In this document: positions 10,218 through 20,800 of the stretch, one piece after another
Numbering within the stretch: the stretch's first letter is position 1
How the letters are laid out: the number at the start of each line of letters is the position of its first letter
Assembly (NCBI GenBank): GCA_044226015.1
Contig: JBGAHS010000001.1
Span: 32,001-96,000, forward strand
Direction of reading: 5' to 3'
Source of the DNA: Candidatus Obscuribacteraceae bacterium
GTDB lineage: Bacteria; Cyanobacteriota; Vampirovibrionia; Obscuribacterales; Obscuribacteraceae
Length of the DNA: 64,000 nucleotides
Position numbers and translations under genes: made by a program
The notes under the pieces: generated by a model
The model's database searches: none
The model's input: the letters and a program-made list of their open reading frames with translations, nothing else
Told to the model about the DNA's origin: nothing

Positions 10218-11069
10218 GTGTGTTGCAATCTTCCTTCCGTTAATCGGCTTCTGCTAGTCATTTTAGCTTTCGCATTAGCGCTTTCCTGCTCTAGCGCAAA
10301 ATCAGCTGAGGAAAATTTGAACGAGGCGAAGCAATCATCTAATAGTAGTTTGCAAAACAAAGACTCCGATATGAAGCTCGTTTTTGATTGCGAGTTTGAC
10401 AGCCCTGATGATCTAAATTTGTGGAACATTGACTCGCAATGGCAGAATTACAACAATGAGCAGCAAGCCTATGTCCCAGAGGCGTGCAAGGTAAAGGATG
10501 GCTGTTTGCATATCACTGCCGAAAAGCGTGATGTTGCAAATGACGGTAAAGTGAAGCCTTATGCCTCGGGCAAGATCACTACAAAGGCGAAATTTGAAAT
10601 TCAATATGGGCGCTTTGACATTCGTTTTAAGGTGCCTGCTGGGAAGGGGTATTGGCCTGCATTTTGGCTTTTGCCCGCCGCCGGAAACTGGCCCCCTGAA
10701 ATTGATTGGATGGAAATTCTTGGTGACAATCCAAACAAGATTTACACCACCCTGCACTATGGAGTCGTGAAGAAAGGAAAGCACAAGTCATTTGGACGCA
10801 GCTTCAAAGCTAGTTCTGACTTCGCATCTGAGTTTCATCAATTGTCTGGATTTTGGACAGAGCATAAAATTACTTGTTTTGTGGATAGCAAGAAAATCTT
10901 CGAAAGCAGGAGAAATGTGCCTCGTGAAAAAATGTACGTTATTGTGAATCTTGCGGTCGGTGGCGATTGGCCTGGAAATCCTGACGAGACCACTAAATTT
11001 CCCGGCGAGATGCTTGTTGATTATGTTCGTGTATATGGAATTGATCCTGCAACGAACGAGAAGCCTTAG
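10218..11069 (+). CDS. Glycoside hydrolase family 16 (laminarinase-like), exported
   Basis: WPAFWLL...EIDWME catalytic motif, NLAVGGDWPG, MLVDYVRVY; N-terminal signal or lipoprotein-like segment. Start uncertain. Confidence 0.9.
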   Translation: MCCNLPSVNRLLLVILAFALALSCSSAKSAEENLNEAKQSSNSSLQNKDSDMKLVFDCEFDSPDDLNLWNIDSQWQNYNNEQQAYVPEACKVKDGCLHITAEKRDVANDGKVKPYASGKITTKAKFEIQYGRFDIRFKVPAGKGYWPAFWLLPAAGNWPPEIDWMEILGDNPNKIYTTLHYGVVKKGKHKSFGRSFKASSDFASEFHQLSGFWTEHKITCFVDSKKIFESRRNVPREKMYVIVNLAVGGDWPGNPDETTKFPGEMLVDYVRVYGIDPATNEKP

Positions 11070-11181
11070 GCAATGCAGTGCAATAAGTCAGGACCAGGGG
11101 ATGACGAAGGTGTGATGACAGTGCGATTAATTCGCAACATAATGTCTGTATTCTCGATTCTTACTAGGCTTTTCTTTCCAA

Positions 11182-12219
11182 ATGCTAATTTCTGGATTCT
11201 TCTCATTCTTCAAGATGTTGTGTTTTAGCGTTTGCGTTCTGGCAATTGTTGCCATTGCAATGTTGTGTCAGGTGCATCTCGCTGCAGATTTTTCTTTTTC
11301 AAAGGATCTACCTTTGCCGCCTGAGCAATTCTCTTCAGGAAGCCTTTTGGGGAATGGTCCGCAAAGGGCGAAAAGAGAGTTTCCTGGATTTCCGTTGCCC
11401 CGGCACGGATCTTTTGCTGTGTATCAAAATGGTTTGGGTGCCGTTTTGAATGCTGCGATTGACTCGGCACGCAGTGGAAATGCTGAGTCCGAATATGTAA
11501 TGGGCTGGATGTGGGCTTGCGGCTATGGCAGAGACGTTGTTGCGCAAAAAGAATTTCGACGGTTGAACGGTCTTTCAGCAGGAGAGTTTGCCATTGCAAC
11601 AAGTGCATATGTTCGAATCGCATGCTCTGATGAGGAAAATCTCGAAGCTGCGTTCAGGTTCGCACGTAACTGGTACAAGTTAGCAGCTTCCCACGGTTGT
11701 GCGAAAGCCGCAGAGGAGTTAGGGTTTCTTTCGGAATTCGGCAGGGGCGGACCCAGCGACCCGCAAGCTGCACTATACTGGTACGGAAAAGCCGCTGCGG
11801 AAGGCGATGATTCTGCGAAAATGGATCTTGCATTCATGTACGAGAACGGCAAGGGCTGCAAAGCTGACTATAACGAGGCAATGCGCTGGTATGAGCAAGC
11901 CTATAAATCTTCTGCAACTTCAGAATGGGCGTTGGAGAATATTCTGCGCTTATGGGCGACAGATCGCGCTCATCCCTCGTTAAGCTGCCGAAATGGTGCA
12001 AAAAACCTGAAAGAGTTTCTGGCGCAAATTCGCTATTATGATAATACTGGAAAGATAAGCACGACGGTAAATGACCCAGAACTATTAATCCGTGGCATTC
12101 TCGGAGGGCGCTGTATTGGTGCGTCTAAAGAGGTTGATCTTCTAAAGCATCAACATAATATCGATTTTGCACAATATTTGGGTAAAGCGGAGGCGCTCTC
12201 TCAGGAGTGTTTTCAGTAA
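11182..12219 (+). CDS. Sel1-repeat protein with an N-terminal membrane anchor
   Basis: Repeats such as ALYWYGKAAAEGDDSAKMDLAFMYENGKG and AMRWYEQA. Confidence 0.85.
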   Translation: MLISGFFSFFKMLCFSVCVLAIVAIAMLCQVHLAADFSFSKDLPLPPEQFSSGSLLGNGPQRAKREFPGFPLPRHGSFAVYQNGLGAVLNAAIDSARSGNAESEYVMGWMWACGYGRDVVAQKEFRRLNGLSAGEFAIATSAYVRIACSDEENLEAAFRFARNWYKLAASHGCAKAAEELGFLSEFGRGGPSDPQAALYWYGKAAAEGDDSAKMDLAFMYENGKGCKADYNEAMRWYEQAYKSSATSEWALENILRLWATDRAHPSLSCRNGAKNLKEFLAQIRYYDNTGKISTTVNDPELLIRGILGGRCIGASKEVDLLKHQHNIDFAQYLGKAEALSQECFQ

Positions 12220-12456
12220 CATAGGGCGCGCGTAGTGCTCTTCTCCTACATAAATCGCCTCGGAGCAGGGTCTGAACTTGTACCCTATTTGGCATTTGAA
12301 CCCAAGTTTTCGCACGTTACTTGCACGTGAAGGCTTGTATATTCTAAACATCCCGAGTAAATGCCAATTCGCAAGTCGTCGGGGACGTGCCCTCCAAATT
12401 CCTTGCCTAAAACAATCCGGCGACTTGCGAAAATCCAATTTACATACGGAAAATGT

Positions 12457-12744
12457 TTGACCTGATGCCCAGCAGCATAAGGTGTCGGAGCAAACATCAG
12501 TCAGCAACCAAACCTCAAACAACCTACCAACTGACTGGTGTTTCCCAACAAAAATTGACCTGATGCCCAGCAGCATAAGGTATCGGAGCAAACACCAGTC
12601 AGCAACCAAACCCTCAAACAACCTACCAACTGACTGGTGTTTGTCTTCCAATTTAAGTTTGACCTGATGCCTAGAAGCATAAGGTATCGGAGCAAACGCC
12701 AGTCATACCAAACCCTCAAACAACCTACCAACTGACTGGTGTTT
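12457..12744 (+). repeat. Three tandem ~100-bp units, each a candidate small RNA gene (family B)
   Basis: Units start at 12457, 12555 and 12659. Each has TTGACC, a CCTnATGC-N6-GCATnAGG dyad, then a 12-13-bp stem (aaacaccagtcag/ctgactggtgttt) around a ~27-nt A/C-rich loop. The repeat is certain; RNA status is inferred. Confidence 0.75.
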
Positions 12745-12774
12745 GTCCTCCAAAAATCATTGACAGGGCTGGAC

Positions 12775-12805
12775 GGAGGAGAGTGATGCAGAGTCATTCT
12801 CCTCC
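12775..12805. terminator. Stem-loop just downstream of the homocysteine methyltransferase gene (candidate terminator)
   Basis: ggaggagagtga-tgcagag-tcattctcctcc hairpin about 15 bp from the stop codon. Confidence 0.5.
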
Positions 12806-12819
12806 TTGGGGTTTTTAGA

Positions 12820-14763
12820 TTACTTACTAGACACTTTCGCTGGTTTTAATTTGCGAACAAACTGGCAAATGTCGTCATATCTTCCAAAAGAAGGCACCAG
12901 ATAAACACCTGCAATGAGTGGGCGAAGCTCTTCGAGGAGTTCTTCGCTGAGTCTCAACCCGACTTCGGCGCCTTTGTCTCCAGCTTCTGCCATTTCCTTT
13001 CTTACATTGTCAGGAATGGTAATGCCTGGAACTTCGTTGTGAAGATATTCGCAGTGTTTATGACTATTCAGCGGCATTATTCCAGCTACTATTGGAATTG
13101 GGCAATCACCGAAATCTTTCAAAAAGTCCGTAAGGTCGCTCAACTGATATAGCGGTTGCGTCATCACGTAATGAGCCCCGGCTTCAATTTTTGCTGCGAA
13201 GCGTTTCATCTCGAGTGCGCGATCAACAGCTGTTGGATTAAGCGCGCAAGAAATGGAAAGTGATGTGGGAGAGCCGATGGTATTACCAGCGATATCATGT
13301 CCTTTGTTGAGTTCGCTGATTATCTTAATTAGCCCAATCGAATCCACGTCGTAAACCGCTGTAGCATGTGCATAGTTGCCAATGCTGGGTGGGTCACCAG
13401 TAAGTGCTAGCACATTTCTTACGCCGAGACCCTGGCATCCCAGCAAGTCCGCCTGTATTCCCATCAAGTTGCGGTCTCTTGTGGTGAAGTGAATGATGGT
13501 GTCGATGCCGACTTGTTGTTGGATAATCAAACAAGTCGCCATGCTGGACATGCGCACTTTAGCCATTGGACTGTCGCCAACGTTGATTGTGTCAGCGCCA
13601 GCTTCTTTCACCTGCTTAGCTGCTTGAAGCAACTTCTTATATACTGCGCCCTTCGGCGGGTCTAATTCAACACTCACGAAGAAGTTATCGCGCTCGTTAG
13701 TTTTTAATTTCTGTCCTACGCCTACTTTTTGACCCTTTTGCGCAGGCTCAGCGGGTTCTTCGTTCTCTTGAACATCTACTCTACCGACACTGATTTTAGT
13801 TGGGAAATTTGCTGGTGCTTTTGCTCCATCAGTATGGTCTGCGTTGAATTTATCCAACGCTTCTCTCATTGCTTTGGTATGTTCTGGTGTTGTACCACAA
13901 CAGCCGCCGATGAGTCTTGCTCCGGCCTCAATGAAAGGTTGGACGAAACTCGCACAATATTCCGGTCGGCTGATGTACATGAAACCATTTCCGACACGAC
14001 CCGGCATACCAGCGTTCGGCTGGCAAGCTAGTGAAATCTTGTCTGGTGTAATCTTCAACTCTGCCAGTGCGGTAGAAAGCTTTTGTAAAGTCTCCAGTGA
14101 TGGTCCTGGTCCGGCACCGCAGTTGATACCAAGTAAATCAGGTCTGTCATCTCCTAGCTCTTTCACCAGGCGTGCAAGGTCGGCAGGAGTAGCGCCGAAA
14201 ACCGTGTGTCCATCTGTCGTGAAACTGAACTGCGCGACTACCGGAAGTTTTGAAATCTTTCGGGCAGCTCTAATTGCTATTGCTGTCTCGATGAGATTTC
14301 CCATAGACTCAATCATGAAGAGATCGACTCCGCCAGCGAGCAATCCTTCCATTTGTTCGCGGAAAGCTGCATCTAGTTCGTTTTTGCTCGTGTCTCCAAT
14401 CGGCGCCAATAATTTGCCTGTTGGTCCGACTGAGCCTGCGATGAAAACTGGCATGCCCGCAATTTCTCGAGCATTCCTTGCCACCTTAGCTGCCCAAACG
14501 TTAAGCTGCCAAACATCCTTTTCTAAACCGTAAGTGGCAAGGCGAAATCTGTTGCCACTGAAAGAGTTTGTTTCAATAACCTGAGCGCCTGCATTGATAT
14601 AGTCAACGTGGACTTGCTGCACTAGCTCTTGTTTGCTTACGTTGAGCTTTTCGAAACCAGCTTCAGCTGATGCTCCTCGAGCGTACAAAAGTGTACCCAT
14701 CGCACCGTCGCCCAGAAGTGGCGATTTCTTTATTGCTTCGAGAAAAGGATGTTGAGTTTCCAT
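12820..14763 (-). CDS. yitJ: Bifunctional homocysteine S-methyltransferase / 5,10-methylenetetrahydrofolate reductase (YitJ/SamT type)
   Basis: DGAMGT, GINCG, IGGCCGTTPEH in the N-terminal domain; SVELDPPK, RDRNLMG, LALTGDP, MTQP in the MTHFR domain. Start set at METQHP. Confidence 0.9.
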   Translation of the reverse strand: METQHPFLEAIKKSPLLGDGAMGTLLYARGASAEAGFEKLNVSKQELVQQVHVDYINAGAQVIETNSFSGNRFRLATYGLEKDVWQLNVWAAKVARNAREIAGMPVFIAGSVGPTGKLLAPIGDTSKNELDAAFREQMEGLLAGGVDLFMIESMGNLIETAIAIRAARKISKLPVVAQFSFTTDGHTVFGATPADLARLVKELGDDRPDLLGINCGAGPGPSLETLQKLSTALAELKITPDKISLACQPNAGMPGRVGNGFMYISRPEYCASFVQPFIEAGARLIGGCCGTTPEHTKAMREALDKFNADHTDGAKAPANFPTKISVGRVDVQENEEPAEPAQKGQKVGVGQKLKTNERDNFFVSVELDPPKGAVYKKLLQAAKQVKEAGADTINVGDSPMAKVRMSSMATCLIIQQQVGIDTIIHFTTRDRNLMGIQADLLGCQGLGVRNVLALTGDPPSIGNYAHATAVYDVDSIGLIKIISELNKGHDIAGNTIGSPTSLSISCALNPTAVDRALEMKRFAAKIEAGAHYVMTQPLYQLSDLTDFLKDFGDCPIPIVAGIMPLNSHKHCEYLHNEVPGITIPDNVRKEMAEAGDKGAEVGLRLSEELLEELRPLIAGVYLVPSFGRYDDICQFVRKLKPAKVSSK

Positions 14764-15109
14764 TTGAAGTCTCCAGAACTTGATCAAATTATGGGGCAGC
14801 ATTGTGAAGAAGCTTACACTTTGACATCCAATCCTTACATATGAGACAAATATCGACTGCAATATTCAGCCGCAGTTTCTGGCGAAACAGCTTGAACTGA
14901 AGTCTTGAAAGCTCCTCGATATAAGGACTTTGCGCTGACTAAGGCTGTATTTGATCAGAAGCTGAAATTTCTCTAGCTTCTCGAATTTGCAAACATTCTT
15001 CCGTCTTAAGTTCGCTCAGGAAGGCAATTTCCGCTATCCCTGTTATTATGTCTATGTCTGCCGGCATGTGTCGGCGGCGGTGCAATTGCCTTAGAACGGG
15101 TTAAGACTG

Positions 15110-16912
15110 GTGCCTACGCCTCCAAAATTCATTCGAAACTTCTCGATTATCGCGCACATCGATCACGGTAAATCTACTCTTGCTGACCGGCTTTTGGAGT
15201 ACACCGGAACGATCACAAAGCGCGAGATGCAAGATCAAATTCTCGACTCAATGGATATTGAGAGAGAGCGCGGAATTACCATCAAGGCTCAGGCTGCGCG
15301 AATGGAGTACAAAGCGAAAGATGGGCAAACCTATGTGCTCAATCTTATCGACACTCCGGGGCACGTAGACTTCGGATACGAAGTGTCTAGAAGTCTTGCA
15401 GCGTGCGAAGGCGCACTGCTGGTAGTTGATGCCAGCCAGGGGGTCGAGGCTCAAACTCTAGCGAATGTGCAATTGGCGTTGGACAATAAACTGGAAATCG
15501 TTCCTGTTCTCAATAAAATCGATTTGCCCAGTGCTGAACCAGAGCGCATTCTCAAGGAAATTGAGGATGTATTGCTAATTCCAGCGGACTCTCCTGTTTT
15601 GGTAAGCGCGAAGGCTGGTATTGGTATTCAGGACGTACTCGAAGCTCTAGTCGAACAGGTGCCGCCTCCTCAGGACACCGCTGATAAACCTTTTAGAGCG
15701 CTAGTGTTCGATTCCTATTTCGATAGTTATCGTGGCATTATTGTTTACTTCAGAGTAGTTGATGGCTCGGTAAAAGAGGGCACGAAAATTCGCTTTATGG
15801 CTAACGCCAAAGACTTTGAAGTCACCGAAATCGGAGTTTTGAAACCGAAGCAAGTCAAAGTCACAGAGTTAGGTCCTGGCGAAGTAGGTTATCTTGCGGC
15901 TGCCATTAAAGATGTGGAAGTCCTTGTTGGCGACACAATAACCGATGCCAATGCTCCTGCTGCAGACGCACTTCCCGGATATAGACCAGCCAAACCAATG
16001 GTGTACGCTGGCATTTATCCTGTGGATAACGATCAATACCCTGATTTGCGTGATGCTCTCGATAAACTCAAACTTAACGATGCGTCTTTGTTTTTCGAGC
16101 CAGAAACTTCTGATGCACTCGGTTTCGGCTTCCGATGCGGCTTCCTTGGTTTGCTGCACATGGAAATCGTTCAGGAAAGATTAGAGCGCGAATACAAATT
16201 GTTATTGATTACAACGGCACCATCTGTGGTGTATCGCGTAACCAAAACTGACGGCACCATCTTGATGGTGGAAAACCCTGCTAAATTGCCACCACCGACA
16301 TACAGGGAAATGATAGAAGAGCCCTTTGTTAGCGCGAGTATTATGGTGCCTAACGAGTTCGTTGGAGCTATTATGGAACTTGCTCAGGGGCGACGCGGGG
16401 TGTTTGTAGATATGAAATATCTTGACCCGCGCAGAGCTATGTTGCACTACGATATACCGCTTTCTGAAATCATCACTGATTTCTTTGATCAACTCAAGTC
16501 TCGCTCAAGAGGTTATGCGAGCCTCGACTATCATTTCAAAGAGTATGTCGAGTCACGTCTGGTCAAGCTGGATATTCTATTGAATGGCGAACCAGTTGAT
16601 GCTCTTTCTGCGATCGTGCACCATGAGAGAGCTGCTCAGTATGGTCGAATGCTTGCCGAAAAGCTCAAGAAGTTAATTCCTCGCCAGATGTTCGAAGTAC
16701 CTATTCAGGCTGCTATCGGCGGAAAGGTCATAGCTCGCGAGACCCTTTCCGCGCAACGGAAAAATGTTTTGGCGAAGTGTTATGGTGGAGACATCTCTCG
16801 AAAACGCAAACTGCTCGATAAGCAGAAAGAGGGTAAGAAGAGAATGAAATCTGTCGGACGTATTGAAATTCCGCAAGAAGCCTTTATGGCTCTTCTAAAG
16901 CTCGACGAATAA
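15110..16912 (+). CDS. lepA: Translation elongation factor 4 (LepA)
   Basis: [62 protein letters not shown]. Confidence 0.98.
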   Translation: MPTPPKFIRNFSIIAHIDHGKSTLADRLLEYTGTITKREMQDQILDSMDIERERGITIKAQAARMEYKAKDGQTYVLNLIDTPGHVDFGYEVSRSLAACEGALLVVDASQGVEAQTLANVQLALDNKLEIVPVLNKIDLPSAEPERILKEIEDVLLIPADSPVLVSAKAGIGIQDVLEALVEQVPPPQDTADKPFRALVFDSYFDSYRGIIVYFRVVDGSVKEGTKIRFMANAKDFEVTEIGVLKPKQVKVTELGPGEVGYLAAAIKDVEVLVGDTITDANAPAADALPGYRPAKPMVYAGIYPVDNDQYPDLRDALDKLKLNDASLFFEPETSDALGFGFRCGFLGLLHMEIVQERLEREYKLLLITTAPSVVYRVTKTDGTILMVENPAKLPPPTYREMIEEPFVSASIMVPNEFVGAIMELAQGRRGVFVDMKYLDPRRAMLHYDIPLSEIITDFFDQLKSRSRGYASLDYHFKEYVESRLVKLDILLNGEPVDALSAIVHHERAAQYGRMLAEKLKKLIPRQMFEVPIQAAIGGKVIARETLSAQRKNVLAKCYGGDISRKRKLLDKQKEGKKRMKSVGRIEIPQEAFMALLKLDE

Positions 16913-16915
16913 GTG

Positions 16916-17680
16916 ATGGGCGGAACAGAAGCAGCGAATTTGCTCAAGAGAGCGTGGCATGAGCGAGACAGGCTTTATCACGAGCTTTTCGGACCGCATA
17001 AATATAGTCTTCCAAAAAAATATGAGCCGCCCACCGATGTGGAGGCAGCTGAAGTTTCTACGCCGTCTGAAATCGCCGCACTCTCGGGGAAGACTTTGAG
17101 CGAGAAAGATGTCAGCATTCTTGCTTTCGAGCCTAACAGCTTAAGACCTTATTGGATATTTGCTACATCTGGACTGAGCAATCCCTGGTTTGGTCAAAAT
17201 GAGGACGTGTCAGGTTTTGCCTGTGAGCTAGTGATGAAAACGACAACCCCTGGAAGATGGGCTGTTCGTCTTATGCGCCGGTTGATTTATTACATAACAA
17301 GTTATAGTGGAACCCTCAGCCCAGGAGTGTCTTTGCAATTTGATGCTCCATTGATTCGCGATGGATCTTCTGAGCTAGGTGGTGTCATAGTTTGGTACGT
17401 AGATGAGGCTCCTGATACCATCTATAACCTCTCTAGTGGACAGTTTGGTATTTTTTCGATTATGGGTGTTACTCAAGACGAAGGCGACTTTATCGAAACA
17501 ATTGATCAATATGGATGCTGGTTTGTTCAGCAGATGCTTCGTGAAACAGGCTTTGAACAAAACACGGAACCCAAACGTCAGTCGCTTTTGAAACGAGAAG
17601 ATTTCGCTTCAAAGGTAAATGGATTGAAGAACTATCTCTCCAATTTTGGATTCAATTCGGTCAACGATACCGACATTTAG
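16916..17680 (+). CDS. Suppressor-of-fused (SUFU)-like domain protein
   Basis: W.fATSGLSN, sGFacEL, GVT.DE pattern; starts 3 bp after the lepA stop. Confidence 0.65.
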   Translation: MGGTEAANLLKRAWHERDRLYHELFGPHKYSLPKKYEPPTDVEAAEVSTPSEIAALSGKTLSEKDVSILAFEPNSLRPYWIFATSGLSNPWFGQNEDVSGFACELVMKTTTPGRWAVRLMRRLIYYITSYSGTLSPGVSLQFDAPLIRDGSSELGGVIVWYVDEAPDTIYNLSSGQFGIFSIMGVTQDEGDFIETIDQYGCWFVQQMLRETGFEQNTEPKRQSLLKREDFASKVNGLKNYLSNFGFNSVNDTDI

Positions 17681-18031
17681 TACTCACTGTTCGTTACTTT
17701 TCGTCGAATTGCGATTTCCTGATAAGTTTTTTGCCAAACGAATGTCTCATAAATTTATGACATCTTCAGGCGCTCTGCGTTTGAAAAACTTCTGATAAAA
17801 AATCGAAGAACTATTAGATCTGAAAAATTCCTGAAATGCCTTCGATAAAGTTTTGTGGGCGAAAACGCTTCGTGTATTTATGTTTTGGGGCGCCCTTGTC
17901 TTATGATTTCGCTCTATGAGTGCGGTAATTCTGAAATCCAATTACTTTGTTGTACATAGCGGTGTCATAATGCTGGTATCAAATGTGATGACATTCGATT
18001 TCATTCTTCATTACTAGATTGGATTACGGAA

Positions 18032-20032
18032 ATGACGACTTTAGATTCCGGCGACCAGAGTGGTATCAAAAGAGTTGGAGATTTGTCCAAGCCTGCTGTT
18101 CCTGCCGCATCAAAAGAAATCAAGTCGAAAGACATTTCAGGAACTGTTCCATCGGATGCCATGACTGCATCTTCTGGAATGAGAGCCGCGAATCTAGATG
18201 CTCGATTGCCTGAGCCGGTATTGTCTGAGACTAATAATGCGGCGGTTTCTCTCGATTGCGCTGGGCTGATAGGAAAAGTCTTGGACGGACGCTTCCGCAT
18301 AATTTCTCGACTTGGGCAGGGTGGAATGTGTGAGGTCTTCAAGGCTGAGCATCTGATCTTGCAGAAGCATCTTGCAATAAAGGTCATGCATGCTGGTGAA
18401 AAGGCTAAAGTGAATGGAATTGAACGTTTTCAGCAAGAGGCGAAAGCGATTAGTACTCTTGATCATCCTTCTATCGTCAAAATTCACGCCTTCGGCTGTT
18501 ACGAAGACAGCAATTTGTATCTTGCAATGGACTATCTTCAAGGAATTGGGCTTGACTGTATTCTTAAAGAGCAGGGTTCATTGTCCTGGCAGGATGCTAA
18601 AAGTATTGCCAGGCAGCTAGCAGAGGGACTTGCTCATGCGCATTCGAGAGGTGTGATTCATCGTGATCTTAAGCCAAGCAATGTTATTGTGCTTGATGGT
18701 GATGGCGCCGCATATGGTGGCAGGGTGAAGATCGTCGATTTTGGGGTTGCCCGTTTGACGGAGAATGCTGGTAAGGAATTGAAGCAACTCACTCTGGCCG
18801 GCAACACATGTGGAAGTCCTCCCTACATGAGTCCTGAACAATGCATGGGGCAGCCAGTAGATGCCCGTTCTGATGTATATTCTCTCGGTGTGATGCTGTA
18901 TGAATTACTTTCAGGAAAACGACCATTTCATGGCAATACCAATTTCGAGATAATGCAAAAGCACATCGAGCAATCTCCCAAGAGGTTCAAGTCACTTGTT
19001 CCAAAGATAAGCATTCCTTCTGACTTGGAAGCTGTGGTGCGTAAATGTCTTGACAAAAATCCCGATTTTCGCTACCAAAATATGAACGAGCTTTTGCAAG
19101 ACCTCGACCAGGTCAAGCCTGAAGCTGCGCCTTCATCGCCAGAGCCCCGCAGTGCTGAGAGTGCTAAAGCTGAGCTATTGAGTTTTGTACGCAGTAACAG
19201 TGCTTTTCTCAGGAATCTGTTACTTTCGATGGTATTGCTTGCTGTGGCTGGTGGTTTTGTCATCAATTACTTGCATAGCCCTGAGTACAAAATCAGTCAA
19301 TTGAAGAGCCAGTATCATGCGATTCCATCGTCTGAGCCCGATCGAATTCAGAAGTCCATATCTTTGCTCGGACAATTAGGTTCACTCGAATTGAAAAACG
19401 GCAACGCTCAGACTGCAGTTTTGAATTTGCAAGATCTCGAAGCTGAACTCAAGAGGCAAACAAGTTCAGTTGCGCAGTGCCACAGTCTTGTTTTGATTGC
19501 AAGGCAGTATAAAAGATTCGGTAAAGGTGCTGATGCGCAAAGACTCTTTGATGAAACCATAAAGTTGCTTGAGGATTTTGTTAATCAATCACATCAGCAG
19601 AGAAATTTCGATCAGCTCGAGGAAGCATCGTTTGAAATACTTCGAATTTGTAGAGATGATGACATGCGAATCGACAGAATGCTCGGTCAGTTTAACGTTC
19701 TGATTCCGCTGTATATTTTCAGAAAAGAATTTTCCAAGGCAGAGACTATGGCCAACCGTTCATTGCAGATTATTCGCTCTCATCCACGAGCAAACAGTAC
19801 CAGTGAAATTGTGGCACTCATGAATCTTGCGTGCGCTCTTGAAGAACAGTCGAAGCTTTTTCAGGCTGAGCGAACCTTAAAATCGGCGTGGGAACTTTGT
19901 ACCAGGAGTTGGTCTGAAGACAGCCCTCTTGCGCGTAATGTTGGTTCGAAACTAATTCAGATTTATCGCGCAGAGGGCAAGCAAAACGAAGCAGATGATA
20001 TTGCTGTGAGAATTGGTTCTCAGTCTAAATAG
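18032..20032 (+). CDS. Ser/Thr protein kinase with TM helix and TPR-like C-terminus
   Basis: GQGGM, LAIK, HRDLKPSN, DFG, YMSPE. Confidence 0.92.
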   Translation: MTTLDSGDQSGIKRVGDLSKPAVPAASKEIKSKDISGTVPSDAMTASSGMRAANLDARLPEPVLSETNNAAVSLDCAGLIGKVLDGRFRIISRLGQGGMCEVFKAEHLILQKHLAIKVMHAGEKAKVNGIERFQQEAKAISTLDHPSIVKIHAFGCYEDSNLYLAMDYLQGIGLDCILKEQGSLSWQDAKSIARQLAEGLAHAHSRGVIHRDLKPSNVIVLDGDGAAYGGRVKIVDFGVARLTENAGKELKQLTLAGNTCGSPPYMSPEQCMGQPVDARSDVYSLGVMLYELLSGKRPFHGNTNFEIMQKHIEQSPKRFKSLVPKISIPSDLEAVVRKCLDKNPDFRYQNMNELLQDLDQVKPEAAPSSPEPRSAESAKAELLSFVRSNSAFLRNLLLSMVLLAVAGGFVINYLHSPEYKISQLKSQYHAIPSSEPDRIQKSISLLGQLGSLELKNGNAQTAVLNLQDLEAELKRQTSSVAQCHSLVLIARQYKRFGKGADAQRLFDETIKLLEDFVNQSHQQRNFDQLEEASFEILRICRDDDMRIDRMLGQFNVLIPLYIFRKEFSKAETMANRSLQIIRSHPRANSTSEIVALMNLACALEEQSKLFQAERTLKSAWELCTRSWSEDSPLARNVGSKLIQIYRAEGKQNEADDIAVRIGSQSK

Positions 20033-20114
20033 CTTTGTATTGATTCTCTGAGTCCAATTTTTTTTCTTTTTTTTTCTGTGTATTCGTTTTGCAGGAAACC
20101 TTTATGGAGAAAGC

Positions 20115-20206
20115 AAAAACGCACCGGCGACTGCCAGTGCGTTTTTACATCGGGTTGGTTGGGCTGGTGATTAGACTATAGATATTGGAACTGACAAAAT
20201 TGTGAC
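20115..20206 (-). ncRNA. Candidate sRNA family A, class I, copy 1 (promoter + ~55-nt RNA + terminator)
   Basis: Minus strand: GTCAC-N6-GTCAG-N10-TATAGT, then ACCAGCCCAACCAACCCGATGT, then a GC hairpin with a U5 tail. Confidence 0.65.
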
Positions 20207-20248
20207 CTGGAAGAAGAAGTGAATGAGGGGAAGTTTGGAGGAGAAAGC

Positions 20249-20340
20249 AAAAACGCACCGGCGACTGCCAGTGCGTTTTTACATCGGGTTGGTTGGGCTG
20301 GTGATTAGACTATAGATATTGGAACTGACAAAATTGTGAC
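20249..20340 (-). ncRNA. Candidate sRNA family A, class I, copy 2
   Basis: Identical to copy 1; 134-bp period. Confidence 0.65.
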
Positions 20341-20384
20341 CTGGAAGAAGAAGTGAATGCGGGGAAGTTTGGGGGAGAGAAAGC

Positions 20385-20476
20385 AAAAACGCACCGGCGA
20401 CTGCCAGTGCGTTTTTACATCGGGTTGGTTGGGCTGGTGATTAGACTATAGATATTGAAGCTGACAAAATTGTGAC
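20385..20476 (-). ncRNA. Candidate sRNA family A, class I, copy 3
   Basis: Same RNA portion; two changes in the promoter spacer. Confidence 0.65.
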
Positions 20477-20603
20477 GTGCTAAGAGATTTGGAAGTGCAA
20501 GAGAACCGCATGTCTTGTGGCAAATAAACTGACCAGATAAAACGGATTCTCTGTGTCCAATTTTCTGTGGATTCGTTTTGCAGGATACCTTTATGGAAAA
20601 AGC

Positions 20604-20695
20604 AAAAACGCACCGGCGACTGCCAGTGCGCTTTTACATCGGGTTGGTTGGGCTGGTGATTAGACTGTAGCTTTTGAAACTGACACAAACGTGAC
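20604..20695 (-). ncRNA. Candidate sRNA family A, class I, copy 4
   Basis: GTCAC-N6-GTCAG-N10-TACAGT retained with diverged spacers; the one stem change gives a G-U pair on the minus strand. Confidence 0.65.
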
Positions 20696-20800
20696 TCGCT
20701 TGGATCAAAATGTTTTGGAAAGAACAACGCACCAGCTTGAGCCGGTGCGCATTTCTACAAGTTTCCACAAAACGATCAATTGAACCGGTAAAATACCATC

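Noticed and set aside
12457..12744. SAM-I riboswitch next to the methionine synthesis gene
   Set aside because: TGACCTGATG-CCCAGCAGC-AAGGTG loosely resembles the SAM-I middle, but the P1 AUC/GAU helix and GGAGGGAC elements are missing and the array is downstream of and antisense to the gene. An Infernal search against the Rfam SAM models would settle it.
12142..12797. ORFs of 60-169 aa over the 12.5-kb repeats
   Set aside because: They are translations of the nucleotide repeats with frame changes between copies; no coding signal.
20152..20167. G-quadruplex function of GGGTTGGTTGGGCTGG
   Set aside because: Only two-tier at best, and G-U stem evidence indicates that the C-rich strand is the transcribed one.
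20115..20695. CRISPR array
   Set aside because: The conserved unit is ~92 bp, the first two intervening segments are near-identical rather than unique spacers, each unit has promoter and terminator features, and no cas genes are in the window.
20725..20752. Eighth copy of sRNA family A
   Set aside because: Only a degenerate hairpin (aacgcaccagc-ttga-gccggtgcg) remains; the C-rich core and promoter motif are absent.
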